From: a virus
Taxonomy: Duplodnaviria; Caudoviricetes
Virus record (IMG/VR): IMGVR_UViG_3300044695_002763
Span: 1-52,227 of that record
Reading direction: 5' to 3' (one strand)
Length of the DNA: 52,227 nucleotides
Within the stretch, counting starts at the first letter, position 1, and each line of letters opens with the position of its first letter. A model generated the notes under the pieces. That model searched no databases. It was not told the DNA's origin and worked only from the letters and a program-made list of their open reading frames with translations. Position numbers and translations under genes: made by a program. This document shows positions 18,744 through 27,631 of this stretch, in pieces.

Positions 18744-19686
18744 TTTATTGAACCAACAGAAGCACGCCCCGTCAAATGTCGGGGTTGTGCTTTTTGCGTT
18801 TGGTAAACCGCACTATTACGGCGCGGCTTATAACTTAGCGTTTTCTATTAAGCGTTTCAATAGCGAGCTTAAAATTGCCCTTTTCGTTGACGATACCGAT
18901 AAGGTTTATGGCTACGCTCACGGGGTTGCGGATTACGTCGATTCAATAAATAAGATTAATCCCGAACACTTAACAACGGGCGGCAAGTTAGACCCCGCCA
19001 AACTTAAAATTAATCTTTACGATTATCTACCCTTTGAGCATAACATTTACCTCGATGTTGATGCCGTAGCGCTAAAGGATTTAGAGCCTATGGTTAACGA
19101 ATTGATTAACGCGGGTAAACACTACATAAGCCATACCGTAGGCTATCACACCATACAGCAAGGGCGTGCAATACCTTCCATGCAATGGGCGTGGGCAGAT
19201 GATATATGGCAGCATTTCGAATTAAGCGATACGGCTGTATTACCAGCGATTAATAGCTCGATTCAATACATATACAAGGGCGAAGCCTCTAAACGTTTAT
19301 ACGACACGGCTAAAGAGCTTTACTATAATAATCCTTTGCCCGTTAATAAGCTGCGCATGAAATGGGGCGGCGGGCAACCCGATGAGCTTTACATGAATAT
19401 CGCGATGGCTAAGTTAGAAATAGACCCCGCGATTATTAGCGTAGGTCATACCGACGGAAGCGAAAACGGTTATATTCATTTTGCAATGCAGCGCCGTTTA
19501 TCGTTCGAACAAATAACAGAGCGATTCTATTTACAATCGTATTACGGCGGGCAAGGATTTACACCCTTGTTTTACGTTGAGTGGCTCGATAGACTTTTAA
19601 AAAAATGGTTTGCCGAAAGTGGCAAGCAGCACATTCACTTCATAAACCGAATAACATCGAATAAGTATGCGGGAAACAAAAAGTAA
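18718..19686 (+). CDS. GT-A fold glycosyltransferase
   Basis: IYLDVD (DxD), KINLYDYLPFE, INSS and PDELY motifs. Confidence 0.7.
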   Translation: MHQLESSANLLNQQKHAPSNVGVVLFAFGKPHYYGAAYNLAFSIKRFNSELKIALFVDDTDKVYGYAHGVADYVDSINKINPEHLTTGGKLDPAKLKINLYDYLPFEHNIYLDVDAVALKDLEPMVNELINAGKHYISHTVGYHTIQQGRAIPSMQWAWADDIWQHFELSDTAVLPAINSSIQYIYKGEASKRLYDTAKELYYNNPLPVNKLRMKWGGGQPDELYMNIAMAKLEIDPAIISVGHTDGSENGYIHFAMQRRLSFEQITERFYLQSYYGGQGFTPLFYVEWLDRLLKKWFAESGKQHIHFINRITSNKYAGNKK

Positions 19687-20278
19687 AAAGGTAGTCGCAG
19701 CCAAAGCCGAAAAGCATATCGAAATTTACGGGCTTGAGCCACTACCCGAAAAGGTTTTAGTAACTACCGAAACATTTAGCGAAGTACCGCGCCACGGGTG
19801 GAATAGTGAAGCTGATGTGTGCGAGTTTATCGGTTCGTTGATTAAGATGCAAGGCGCTAAAGCCGTTTTAGAAATTGGTGTTTTTGAGGGTGAAACTTCT
19901 GTTAAAATGATTGAGGCGCTACCGATAGGCGGCTATTATGCAGGCATCGATATTAACGACCACCGCAAACATAAGTTAGAACGCAGCGGCATTGCTGTTG
20001 ATTTTATTTTAGGGCAATCGATACCCGTGATAAAATCAATGCCAGCAAACCATTTCGATTTTATATTCGTTGACGGCGACCATAGTTGGGCTAACATTCT
20101 ACCCGAGTTTAAAGAGCTTGAGCGCGTAATTGCAAACGGCGGTATAATTGCCTACCATGATACGCTACACATTACCGACGTAAGCGAGTTAATGCGCTAC
20201 GTTAACCATTTTAACTATAACGTAGTTACGCTCAATACTTCCGAGGGGCGTGGCTTATCAATATTGCAGAAACTATGA
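19667..20278 (+). CDS. Class I SAM-dependent methyltransferase (Methyltransf_24-like)
   Basis: VLEIGVFEG, FDFIFVDGDH, GGIIAYHD. Confidence 0.8.
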   Translation: MRETKSKKVVAAKAEKHIEIYGLEPLPEKVLVTTETFSEVPRHGWNSEADVCEFIGSLIKMQGAKAVLEIGVFEGETSVKMIEALPIGGYYAGIDINDHRKHKLERSGIAVDFILGQSIPVIKSMPANHFDFIFVDGDHSWANILPEFKELERVIANGGIIAYHDTLHITDVSELMRYVNHFNYNVVTLNTSEGRGLSILQKL

Positions 20279-20355
20279 AAGCACTAAACTTTTGCCGTTC
20301 TAAGTCGTGCGGTTCGCACGTTATCGTTAACCCAACTTCTAAAGCAGTCGCGTAA
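20275..20355 (+). CDS. 26-aa mini-ORF coupling the MTase and portal genes
   Basis: ATGA and TAATG overlaps fill the gap exactly. Confidence 0.45.
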   Translation: MKALNFCRSKSCGSHVIVNPTSKAVA

Positions 20356-22265
20356 TGGCATTAACACCCGAGGAAATCGACAAAGTAGTAAATCGTTTTG
20401 CGGCTAAGTTTAGGGGCTGGAGCGAAGCGAGTCGCAGTTCGCCGTTAAACCCAATAACAAAACAGCGACAAGGCGTAAGCCAGTACCCCGAGTATTGGGA
20501 TGGGTATAACTACGCGGCTAAAATGTACGATAGTATTTTACCGCATACACGCCCCGACATTTATCCCGAACATTTGCTTAGTGTTCGCGCCCCGAATCAA
20601 ACCGACGTACAAGCGCAATACATAAAGGCTAATTATAAGCCCACTACCTTAAGCGTATTTGAGGATTTTAAAGCAACGGTAAGCCGTGCTTTCGCCGACC
20701 AAAATTGGAGTATTAAATACTACCCTGAGTTAGACGAACGTTTTGGCGAAGATAGTTTCCAGCGGTTCGTTAACGAGGAAATAAAGAAATTTGGCAGCGT
20801 TGAGGCGTTTGTTAAAACGATGCTACCGACTTTAAAACTTGTAGACCCGAACGGCATTATCGCCATTGAACCCGAGGACGTAGAAACAGTTTCAAGCAAA
20901 AACGACGACAGCGAAGTTATAAGCAATGAGCTTTTAAAACCAATGCCGCATTACTATTCGTGTAAGTCGATTGTAGGGCAAAGATTTGGAGAATACTACT
21001 TAGTTATTACCGACGATTACAGCAATGTAAAAAGCGGTTCTAAGATGGAGAAAAGCGGTATCGTTTTAGAGCTTTACGACGATACCAATATATGGAAGAT
21101 TTACCAAACGGGTAAAAAAGCCGATATGGAATTTAGCGAACCCGTGCTTTACTTTCAGCACAATTTAGGGTACGTTCCATGCCATAAGCTAATGGGTACG
21201 CCTCAGCTAATTAATGATGAAATAGCGTTTCAATCCCCGTTTATTACCGCCGTGCCTTTCTTAGACCAAGTGGTACTGGATGAAAGTTATTTACAAATAA
21301 GCAAAGCGACAAGCGCATTCCCGTTTATGGTGGCGTTGGGTGAGGTTTGCGACTTTATCGACCGCGAAGGTAATAAGTGCGTAGACGGGCAATTGTTCGA
21401 CCCTATTAACGGCGGTTATCGTACTTGCCCTTCCTGTAGCGGTGGCGGTTTAAAGTCGCGTTTTAGCCCTACGGGTATGCTTTTAATCAAGCCTAAGACC
21501 TCAGTAAGCGAAGGCGATAGCGGTATAAGTGGCGAATACTTAAAGTTCGTTTCGCCGCCTATGGATACGCTCAACTTTTTGCGCGTTGAAATAGATAACC
21601 AAATGAAAAAAGCCCGCGCTATTTTACACCTACCAACGAGCGATAGTTTGGCAGGCGTTGGCGAGGGCGTAACGGCTACGGGTAGCTTAAATAAGATGCG
21701 CAGCTTATATGCGTTTTTAAAGCCTATTTCAGACCAGTTATTCAGCTTGTATGAGTTTATACTTGTAACAACGGGGAAAATGCGTTACGGCGACTTATTC
21801 GGGGGTGTTACGTTGGTATATCCTACGACCTTTGATGTAAGCACACCGAGCGATTATTTAGCGGTAATAGGTGAAGGTATCGCGGCGGGTGTACCGCCTT
21901 CGGTTACGTTTTCAAACGTTTACAATTACATTAAGGCAATCCACTATACCGACGAGGAAACGAGCGCGGTTTATGATTTGATTATAAACGCCGACGAACT
22001 TTTATTAATGAGTAGCGCCGATATTGCGGCGCGGGTTGCGAATGGTACGGTAGAAAAATGGCAGGATGTGTTACACTTTAGCGCCCCTCAGTTAGTAATG
22101 GAATTAATCCGTAACTATATTCCAACAGAGGAAGCCCCGAGGTTTACCGATTTACCGCAACAGGAGCAAGTCGTAGCGCTGCGTAACATTGCAGCCTCGA
22201 AGGTACGCGAGCAATTAGACCCAATACAAACCGCGCAACGCGATTTATTAAATGGCATCGCTTGA
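20355..22265 (+). CDS. Portal protein (putative)
   Basis: 636 aa, HNLGYVP motif, directly upstream of the MuF-like gene. Confidence 0.6.
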   Translation: MALTPEEIDKVVNRFAAKFRGWSEASRSSPLNPITKQRQGVSQYPEYWDGYNYAAKMYDSILPHTRPDIYPEHLLSVRAPNQTDVQAQYIKANYKPTTLSVFEDFKATVSRAFADQNWSIKYYPELDERFGEDSFQRFVNEEIKKFGSVEAFVKTMLPTLKLVDPNGIIAIEPEDVETVSSKNDDSEVISNELLKPMPHYYSCKSIVGQRFGEYYLVITDDYSNVKSGSKMEKSGIVLELYDDTNIWKIYQTGKKADMEFSEPVLYFQHNLGYVPCHKLMGTPQLINDEIAFQSPFITAVPFLDQVVLDESYLQISKATSAFPFMVALGEVCDFIDREGNKCVDGQLFDPINGGYRTCPSCSGGGLKSRFSPTGMLLIKPKTSVSEGDSGISGEYLKFVSPPMDTLNFLRVEIDNQMKKARAILHLPTSDSLAGVGEGVTATGSLNKMRSLYAFLKPISDQLFSLYEFILVTTGKMRYGDLFGGVTLVYPTTFDVSTPSDYLAVIGEGIAAGVPPSVTFSNVYNYIKAIHYTDEETSAVYDLIINADELLLMSSADIAARVANGTVEKWQDVLHFSAPQLVMELIRNYIPTEEAPRFTDLPQQEQVVALRNIAASKVREQLDPIQTAQRDLLNGIA

Positions 22266-23163
22266 CGAACTGATTAAAAAAAAGATTCGGTTATTCGAAC
22301 AGATACCGAAGGATATGGCAACGAGCGCGGAACGTGCGCAGCTTGACGCGTGGCGAACCGTTGAGCCGTTGCTTCGCGATATGGACGTAGATAGCGACGG
22401 GAATATAACTCAAACGGATGCCAACATAAACCGAATCGGATTAATAGCCGACGAACTCAATAAGGTTTTAGCGGGTGGCGAATACAAAGACGCCGTTTCA
22501 AAGTTCCTAACTCAGATTCAAGAGGGCGTAAACCTATCAACTGAAATAGCGCAAAAGTTTGAGGCTGGTTTTGAGCCTACCGAAGCGCAGCGGCGTTTAG
22601 TTCAAATAAGCCAACAGAACGCGATTAATTCTTTTTTTGGTACTGGATTAAGGGAGCGTGTTACACAACCGTTTTTAGAGCAGCTAACGGCTAATGTAGC
22701 GGCACGCGCACCGCTTAACCAAGCCGTAAAAGCATTAAGCGCAACGATAATCGGTAACAATAACATCGACGGTAATTTATTAGGTCATATCAAAACAACC
22801 GCCTCAACAGCGCAAGCGATAGCCGACCGTAGTTTCAGCGCAGCCGTTAACGAGGAAGTGGGTATACAATGGTTTCAATACTTAGGGGGCGAAATACCTA
22901 CGACGCGCCCGTTCTGCGAACATAGGCAAGGGCAAATATTCCACAGAAAAGAAATTGAGGCTTGGGGCAACGGTCAAAACAGCGCTGGCATAAATGATAT
23001 TAGAAATGGAACTTGGGCGGGGCAAATAGACGGAACGGATAGCCGCACTATTTTTACGTTTGTTGGCGGTTGGAATTGCCGACATGATTTAGTACCGTAC
23101 CCGCCTTCTAAAGTACCCGAAACGGTTAAGGCTCGCGCAAGGGCTGAGGGTTATATTGATTAA
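22252..23163 (+). CDS. Head morphogenesis / minor capsid protein (MuF-like)
   Basis: Y.GG....TRPFC and GGWNCRH motifs. Confidence 0.7.
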   Translation: MASLDELIKKKIRLFEQIPKDMATSAERAQLDAWRTVEPLLRDMDVDSDGNITQTDANINRIGLIADELNKVLAGGEYKDAVSKFLTQIQEGVNLSTEIAQKFEAGFEPTEAQRRLVQISQQNAINSFFGTGLRERVTQPFLEQLTANVAARAPLNQAVKALSATIIGNNNIDGNLLGHIKTTASTAQAIADRSFSAAVNEEVGIQWFQYLGGEIPTTRPFCEHRQGQIFHRKEIEAWGNGQNSAGINDIRNGTWAGQIDGTDSRTIFTFVGGWNCRHDLVPYPPSKVPETVKARARAEGYID

Positions 23164-23200
23164 TTGTTTTGCAATTTCAAATTAACTATCTTTGTGCTAA

Positions 23201-23458
23201 ATGAAATACTTACTACTAACTGACGGCAAGATTATACACGCATCCGACGTTGTGGCAAGTAATCTAATGACACGCGGTGCGCGTGAATTGAAATTAAAAC
23301 AAATAGAAACCCCTATAATTTATGGCAATGAAACCCGAGGAGGCGATGGAGTTAATCAAATTCCTAAACCTCGACGAAGCCGAAAGCCTCGAAACGGCGA
23401 AGGAGAAATTCCAAACGAATTGGATAGACCAAAAAGAACACGCCGCGACGCTCGGTAA
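23201..23458 (+). CDS. Small hypothetical protein (3' part overlaps scaffold gene)
   Basis: TATCTTTG at 23187-23194 just upstream; extent uncertain. Confidence 0.35.
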   Translation: MKYLLLTDGKIIHASDVVASNLMTRGARELKLKQIETPIIYGNETRGGDGVNQIPKPRRSRKPRNGEGEIPNELDRPKRTRRDAR

Positions 23459-24146
23459 ACTTAACGGCTCAATAGCGAATGTTGTAAAGCGTGCATTTGA
23501 ACCGTTTGGCGTTACGTTAACAGACGAAGATTTTAAAGAGCAAAAGAGCTTAGACGTAATTCGTAACGCAGCCGAACGCGCTAAAAGCGAATACGAAAAG
23601 CAGCGCGAGGAATGGGAAAAGAAATCGTCATCGAATGGCGCGGCTGAGTTAGTAGCTGAATGGGAGAAAAAACATAAAACACTTGAGCGTAAATACAGCG
23701 AAGTTGAGCAAGCGCGGCAAGAAGCGTTAACGCAGTTTGAAAGCTACAAAACGCAAGCCGCTGAAGAACAAAAAGCGATTAAGGTAAGCAGCGTATTTGA
23801 GCGCGAACTTGGTGCTTTGAAGTTAGACCCAACCGTGAATGAATACACGATTAAAGGCTTTAAATCGGCTATAAACGAAAAGTTTATTATAGACTTAGAA
23901 GATGATGGGAGCGCGTTTGTAAAAGACCGTAAGACGGGCGAACGCTTAAAATCCAAAGATAAGGCAGGCGCGTTTTTAGGTGTTAACGATGTGTTGATAG
24001 CCGAAGCAACGGCAGCGGGTATCATTCAAAAAAACCCACACGCGGGCAAGCCATTAAACAGGCAGGGCGCGGCTATCTTACCGCCGCTTGAGTTACAATC
24101 CGAGAAAAGAATTAAAGGCGTTAACCCTCGTTTTTTTGTTAAGTAG
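23322..24146 (+). CDS. Capsid scaffolding protein (putative)
   Basis: Charged coiled-coil between MuF-like and capsid genes. Confidence 0.55.
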   Translation: MAMKPEEAMELIKFLNLDEAESLETAKEKFQTNWIDQKEHAATLGKLNGSIANVVKRAFEPFGVTLTDEDFKEQKSLDVIRNAAERAKSEYEKQREEWEKKSSSNGAAELVAEWEKKHKTLERKYSEVEQARQEALTQFESYKTQAAEEQKAIKVSSVFERELGALKLDPTVNEYTIKGFKSAINEKFIIDLEDDGSAFVKDRKTGERLKSKDKAGAFLGVNDVLIAEATAAGIIQKNPHAGKPLNRQGAAILPPLELQSEKRIKGVNPRFFVK

Positions 24147-24148
24147 CC

Positions 24149-24421
24149 ATGCCAATATACGAAGGTTATAACGTAACGGCATCCGACCGCGAGGGCAAGA
24201 AATACAAAGCCGTTGACGCTGAAGGAAACGAGGTGCATTTTGGCGCGTCGGGTTATCGAATAAAGGTAGGCACGGATGCGGGTAATAATTATTGCGCCCG
24301 TAGTAACGGCATCCCTTCGCCGCGTTTTTCTGCTAATTGGTGGGCGCGTCAACTATGGAGCTGCGAGGGTAATCGTTCGGTAAGCGATAAACCTTTTTTT
24401 GGTAAAATCGATTTACCTTAA
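24149..24421 (+). CDS. Small protein resembling DUF5754
   Basis: KKY.A....VHFGA.GY...Y.AR...SANWWAR.LW. Confidence 0.5.
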   Translation: MPIYEGYNVTASDREGKKYKAVDAEGNEVHFGASGYRIKVGTDAGNNYCARSNGIPSPRFSANWWARQLWSCEGNRSVSDKPFFGKIDLP

Positions 24422-24465
24422 TACCTTTGTAACGTTCATAACGTGATTAGTATTAGGGTAATTAG

Positions 24466-24497
24466 AAAGGGCTGGTTTCGCTTCCAGTCCTTTTTTA
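24466..24497 (+). terminator. Intrinsic terminator
   Basis: AAAGGGCTGG/CCAGTCCTTT stem followed by a T-run. Confidence 0.7.
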
Positions 24498-24548
24498 TGC
24501 TGTAAATTAAGCAGTTACAAAAAAAGTTTAAATAATTGTATGAAATAG

Positions 24549-24579
24549 TTTGCAGATTCAAATAATGTTTGTATGTTTG
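24549..24579 (+). promoter_or_regulatory. Bacteroidota promoter (early type)
   Basis: TTTG-N19-TATGTTTG. Confidence 0.75.
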
Positions 24580-24607
24580 CAGAGTTAAACATTTAAACAT
24601 TCACACT

Positions 24608-24814
24608 ATGAACACAGCAAACCTAATAAACGAAAACAACGTAGCACAATTTAAGTGCAAAGTTTTAACGCTTGTATGCCCTGCATACGGAACGGCTAAC
24701 TTGTTAAACGAAATTGAAACTGCAATGAGTATGTTTCAATATGAAAACGAAAGCGTTGAAACAATTGTTTTCGATTACTGCTTTTCTTGGCATCAAGATA
24801 AATATTCGATATAA
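24608..24814 (+). CDS. Small hypothetical protein (moron-like unit)
   Basis: Own promoter and terminator; start likely ATG 24608. Confidence 0.55.
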   Translation: MNTANLINENNVAQFKCKVLTLVCPAYGTANLLNEIETAMSMFQYENESVETIVFDYCFSWHQDKYSI

Positions 24815-24838
24815 GTTTTAGCTTTAACCTAACCTTCG

Positions 24839-24866
24839 AGCCTACCTAACAAGTAGGCTTTTTTTT
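24839..24866 (+). terminator. Intrinsic terminator
   Basis: AGCCTAC/GTAGGCT stem followed by T8. Confidence 0.75.
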
Positions 24867-24896
24867 ATTTAATGTTTTGCGTTTTCAAAAAATTAT

Positions 24897-24998
24897 TATA
24901 TTTGCAACAGATAGTTGGGGGCTATCGTATAGAGCTTGGATATTACGTTTCGATATATCTGCCCTTAAATAGACCCCCCGCTATTTAGGGGCTTTTTT
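24897..24998 (+). promoter_or_regulatory. Promoter plus kissing-loop attenuator-like leader
   Basis: TATATTTG; hairpin loop GGGGG complementary to CCCCCC loop of a 12-bp terminator stem (24961-24992) followed by T6. Confidence 0.55.
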
Positions 24999-25004
24999 GT
25001 TCCT

Positions 25005-25320
25005 AACAGGCTGATGAACCGACCAGTTCAGCCGTGAGCATAGGCGAGGAATCGCAATCAAAAGCAGTCGTTAAAGAACTTATAAACTAAGGTATGCGTA
25101 GGTGCGCTGCAAACTCGAGGGGGGCAACACCGACCAAGTGCAAGGGGCTAAAGGCTCAAGTATACCGAGGGGGTTTGTTGAAATAGTTAGCGCGATTGAA
25201 AAGAAGGGACGAGCGGTTAACAACCTCAAATAAAAAAAAGGGGTACACGGGCAATGAATCTTTTAAGTACGATTAAAAATCGTTTAACTTCCTTGCACGG
25301 GAGAACCCCCTCGCTATGCT
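25005..25320 (+). ncRNA. Candidate large structured non-coding RNA
   Basis: No credible ORF; several long-range helices (25037-49/25309-20; 25138-47/25289-98). Confidence 0.45.
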
Positions 25321-25435
25321 TTGAAATGAAAAAAACATTTCGTAAATTTACAGCGCTCAAATGACAAATTATTTTTAGGCGTGAATGTTTGCCGCCTGTT
25401 AAGTGCAAACGTTAAATTTAAAACCTAAAAACAAA

Positions 25436-26482
25436 ATGTCAATTTCTCGCATTTTATCCGAATGCCCGAATGTGCAAATGAGCCTTTCGGAGCTTTTTAT
25501 CGAAGTAGGTCAGCGCGAACAGCTACCTTTCCTCGAGTTCCTTAATTCACCTGAAAACGTAAAGCTAATCCGTCAAGAGGTTTCGACTGGAAACGGCAAG
25601 CTAAAAACCGTTGAGGCTCGTTGGATTCAGCGTTTACCTGAAACAGAAGTAGAAGAAGGTGGTAACATCTTAACTTGTACGGCTACCAACACCTACGGCG
25701 ATAGCACCACTACGTACACGCTTGAAACGACCGACACGTATATCGCTGAACAATTGATTCAGGCTGATGCAATCGCCCGTCATTGTCAAGAAAACAGCCG
25801 TTACGTTCTCGAGTCTATCATGCGTTTAATGGACGTAATGGATAGAAAAGTAGCAAGCGCCGCAGCTACTCAAGCCGTTGCCTCTATCGGCAAATGGGGT
25901 ACTGAGGTTAGCGGTTACTACACCGTATCGGGCGACTGCTTGCGCATTGCAACACGTCAAACAGGCGGGCAAGCATTGAACGAGTTTGCTTTGGCTGACA
26001 TCCTTCAAGCTACGCGCATGGCTAACTACCCAGCTGCACCCGTTGTATTTGGTGGCGCTGAAATGCAGCGTTATGCTAATGCGGTGCAAGCTGGTTGCTG
26101 CACGCAATTCGGTATCGACTTGTTAGCGATTTCGCAGCAGAACGGTTTCGGATTCGCTTACGATGCACGTTTAGCAGCCGCTCAAGGTTCGCAGCTAAAG
26201 AACTTAGCAACGACCGCAGGCGCGATGCAATGGTTATCGTTCAATATGGCAGAATGGAACGCAGGTGTTACACCTGTGGCGGGTAGCAATTACAGCAAAA
26301 CAATTGCTTTTACTCCTGCGGGTTTGCCTGTTGATTTAACCATGAAAGACGATTGCGGTAATTTGTCAATCGTATTGACGCATACTGGTAAACTCGTTAC
26401 ATTACCTGACGATATTTACGAAGCAGGCGACAAATACGCAGGCGTAAATTACGTAAACTGTATTGAGATTGCAAACCCGTAG
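25436..26482 (+). CDS. Major capsid protein (putative)
   Basis: 348 aa, downstream of scaffold gene, followed by a terminator; start likely ATG 25436. Confidence 0.65.
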   Translation: MSISRILSECPNVQMSLSELFIEVGQREQLPFLEFLNSPENVKLIRQEVSTGNGKLKTVEARWIQRLPETEVEEGGNILTCTATNTYGDSTTTYTLETTDTYIAEQLIQADAIARHCQENSRYVLESIMRLMDVMDRKVASAAATQAVASIGKWGTEVSGYYTVSGDCLRIATRQTGGQALNEFALADILQATRMANYPAAPVVFGGAEMQRYANAVQAGCCTQFGIDLLAISQQNGFGFAYDARLAAAQGSQLKNLATTAGAMQWLSFNMAEWNAGVTPVAGSNYSKTIAFTPAGLPVDLTMKDDCGNLSIVLTHTGKLVTLPDDIYEAGDKYAGVNYVNCIEIANP

Positions 26483-26562
26483 CCGCGTCAGTAGGTTTAT
26501 TATCGCAAGCCGATGAAGACCTATTGACGCAAAATGGATTTGATAATCTTGTAACTGAATAA
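26473..26562 (+). CDS. -1 frameshift C-terminal extension of capsid protein (27 aa)
   Basis: A_AAC_CCG heptamer, long hairpin 26485-26530, -1 frame open to TAA 26560-26562. Confidence 0.65.
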   Translation, partial: KPVAASVGLLSQADEDLLTQNGFDNLVTE

Positions 26563-26590
26563 GAGGGGTTTATTGCCCCTCTTTTTTTTT
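26561..26590 (+). terminator. Intrinsic terminator
   Basis: AAGAGGGGT/GCCCCTCTT stem followed by a T-run. Confidence 0.75.
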
Positions 26591-26602
26591 ATCTTTGTGC
26601 TT

Positions 26603-27631
26603 ATGTGCTACGAATCACTTTTAGGCTTACGCGATTGCAACGTCGCAGAACCTACGACGGGATTATATATCGACGAACTCGGTATAAACAATACCTTTTT
26701 AGGGCAACTAATAACCGACCAATATAACAACGGCGTTGAGTTGTTTGAGGATAAACGCGCCTTTGCTTGGAAAAAATTAAGCAGCGATGTTTTAACGCGG
26801 CTTAGTCCAATGATGAAAGCCGATACTATAATCGAATCGAAACGGGTCGGGCAAGTTGTTACCGATTACAGTAACATTCAAACCGCTTTAGGCGCTGGTA
26901 ATTACGGCGGCATTCGTGTAAAGATAAGCCCGAACACGTTAAGCTATCTAAACCTATTTATAAGCGATTTAACGCTTGCAATTGACTCAAGCAATACCAA
27001 TGTACCGATATTAGTTTTCGATATGACTACGCTTCAGCTTATCGATACAATAACGTACACGGCGGGCGGCATCGAATATTATATCGGTAAGGAGTTCGCA
27101 GCAAAGCGCCGCAAGTTGGATTTAGCTTTCGTTTATGAATCAACTATGGACACGGTTAAGTTCATTCCAAAAAAGGGTAGTTGCTATGATTGCGGCGGTT
27201 CGGTTCGTGAGGCGCATATTTGCCCGTTCGTGGACGCAATAGGCATTAACCTAACGACCGACGGCATAAGCGTGTTAAGTAGTTCGAACAATAAATACAC
27301 AACGGGAATGAGTTTAAATTACTCGGTAAGCTGCGACCGTCGGGGCTGGTTGTGTTCGATAGGTAATCAAATGAGTTTAGCGTTAGCCTACGCTACGGCG
27401 GTTGAAATATATAATTACGCGCTAACGGTTAGCCCTAACCAAAGGGCAAACACAAGCGTAATCGTTAACAAGGGCGCAAAGGATTTAGGCGGCATTACAA
27501 CCGCTCGCGATATTGCAGCCGACCAATACAATAATGAGTTAACGGCGATGCTTCAAAATATGCGACTGCCCGACGATAATCATTGTTTCGATTGCCGTAA
27601 AAACATTAAATACGTTACGGCGTTACCATGA
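26603..27631 (+). CDS. Virion structural protein (head completion/adaptor candidate)
   Basis: Follows capsid gene; TATCTTTG at 26590-26597; start likely ATG 26603. Confidence 0.45.
   Translation: MCYESLLGLRDCNVAEPTTGLYIDELGINNTFLGQLITDQYNNGVELFEDKRAFAWKKLSSDVLTRLSPMMKADTIIESKRVGQVVTDYSNIQTALGAGNYGGIRVKISPNTLSYLNLFISDLTLAIDSSNTNVPILVFDMTTLQLIDTITYTAGGIEYYIGKEFAAKRRKLDLAFVYESTMDTVKFIPKKGSCYDCGGSVREAHICPFVDAIGINLTTDGISVLSSSNNKYTTGMSLNYSVSCDRRGWLCSIGNQMSLALAYATAVEIYNYALTVSPNQRANTSVIVNKGAKDLGGITTARDIAADQYNNELTAMLQNMRLPDDNHCFDCRKNIKYVTALP

Noticed and set aside
25011-25035. CTGATGA hammerhead ribozyme core
   Set aside because: No GAAA after a stem II; the sequence instead sits within a simple hairpin.
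26095-26286. Alternative-frame + strand ORFs inside large genes (26095, 16523, 40565)
   Set aside because: Nested in well-supported CDSs, with no initiation signals or recognisable motifs.
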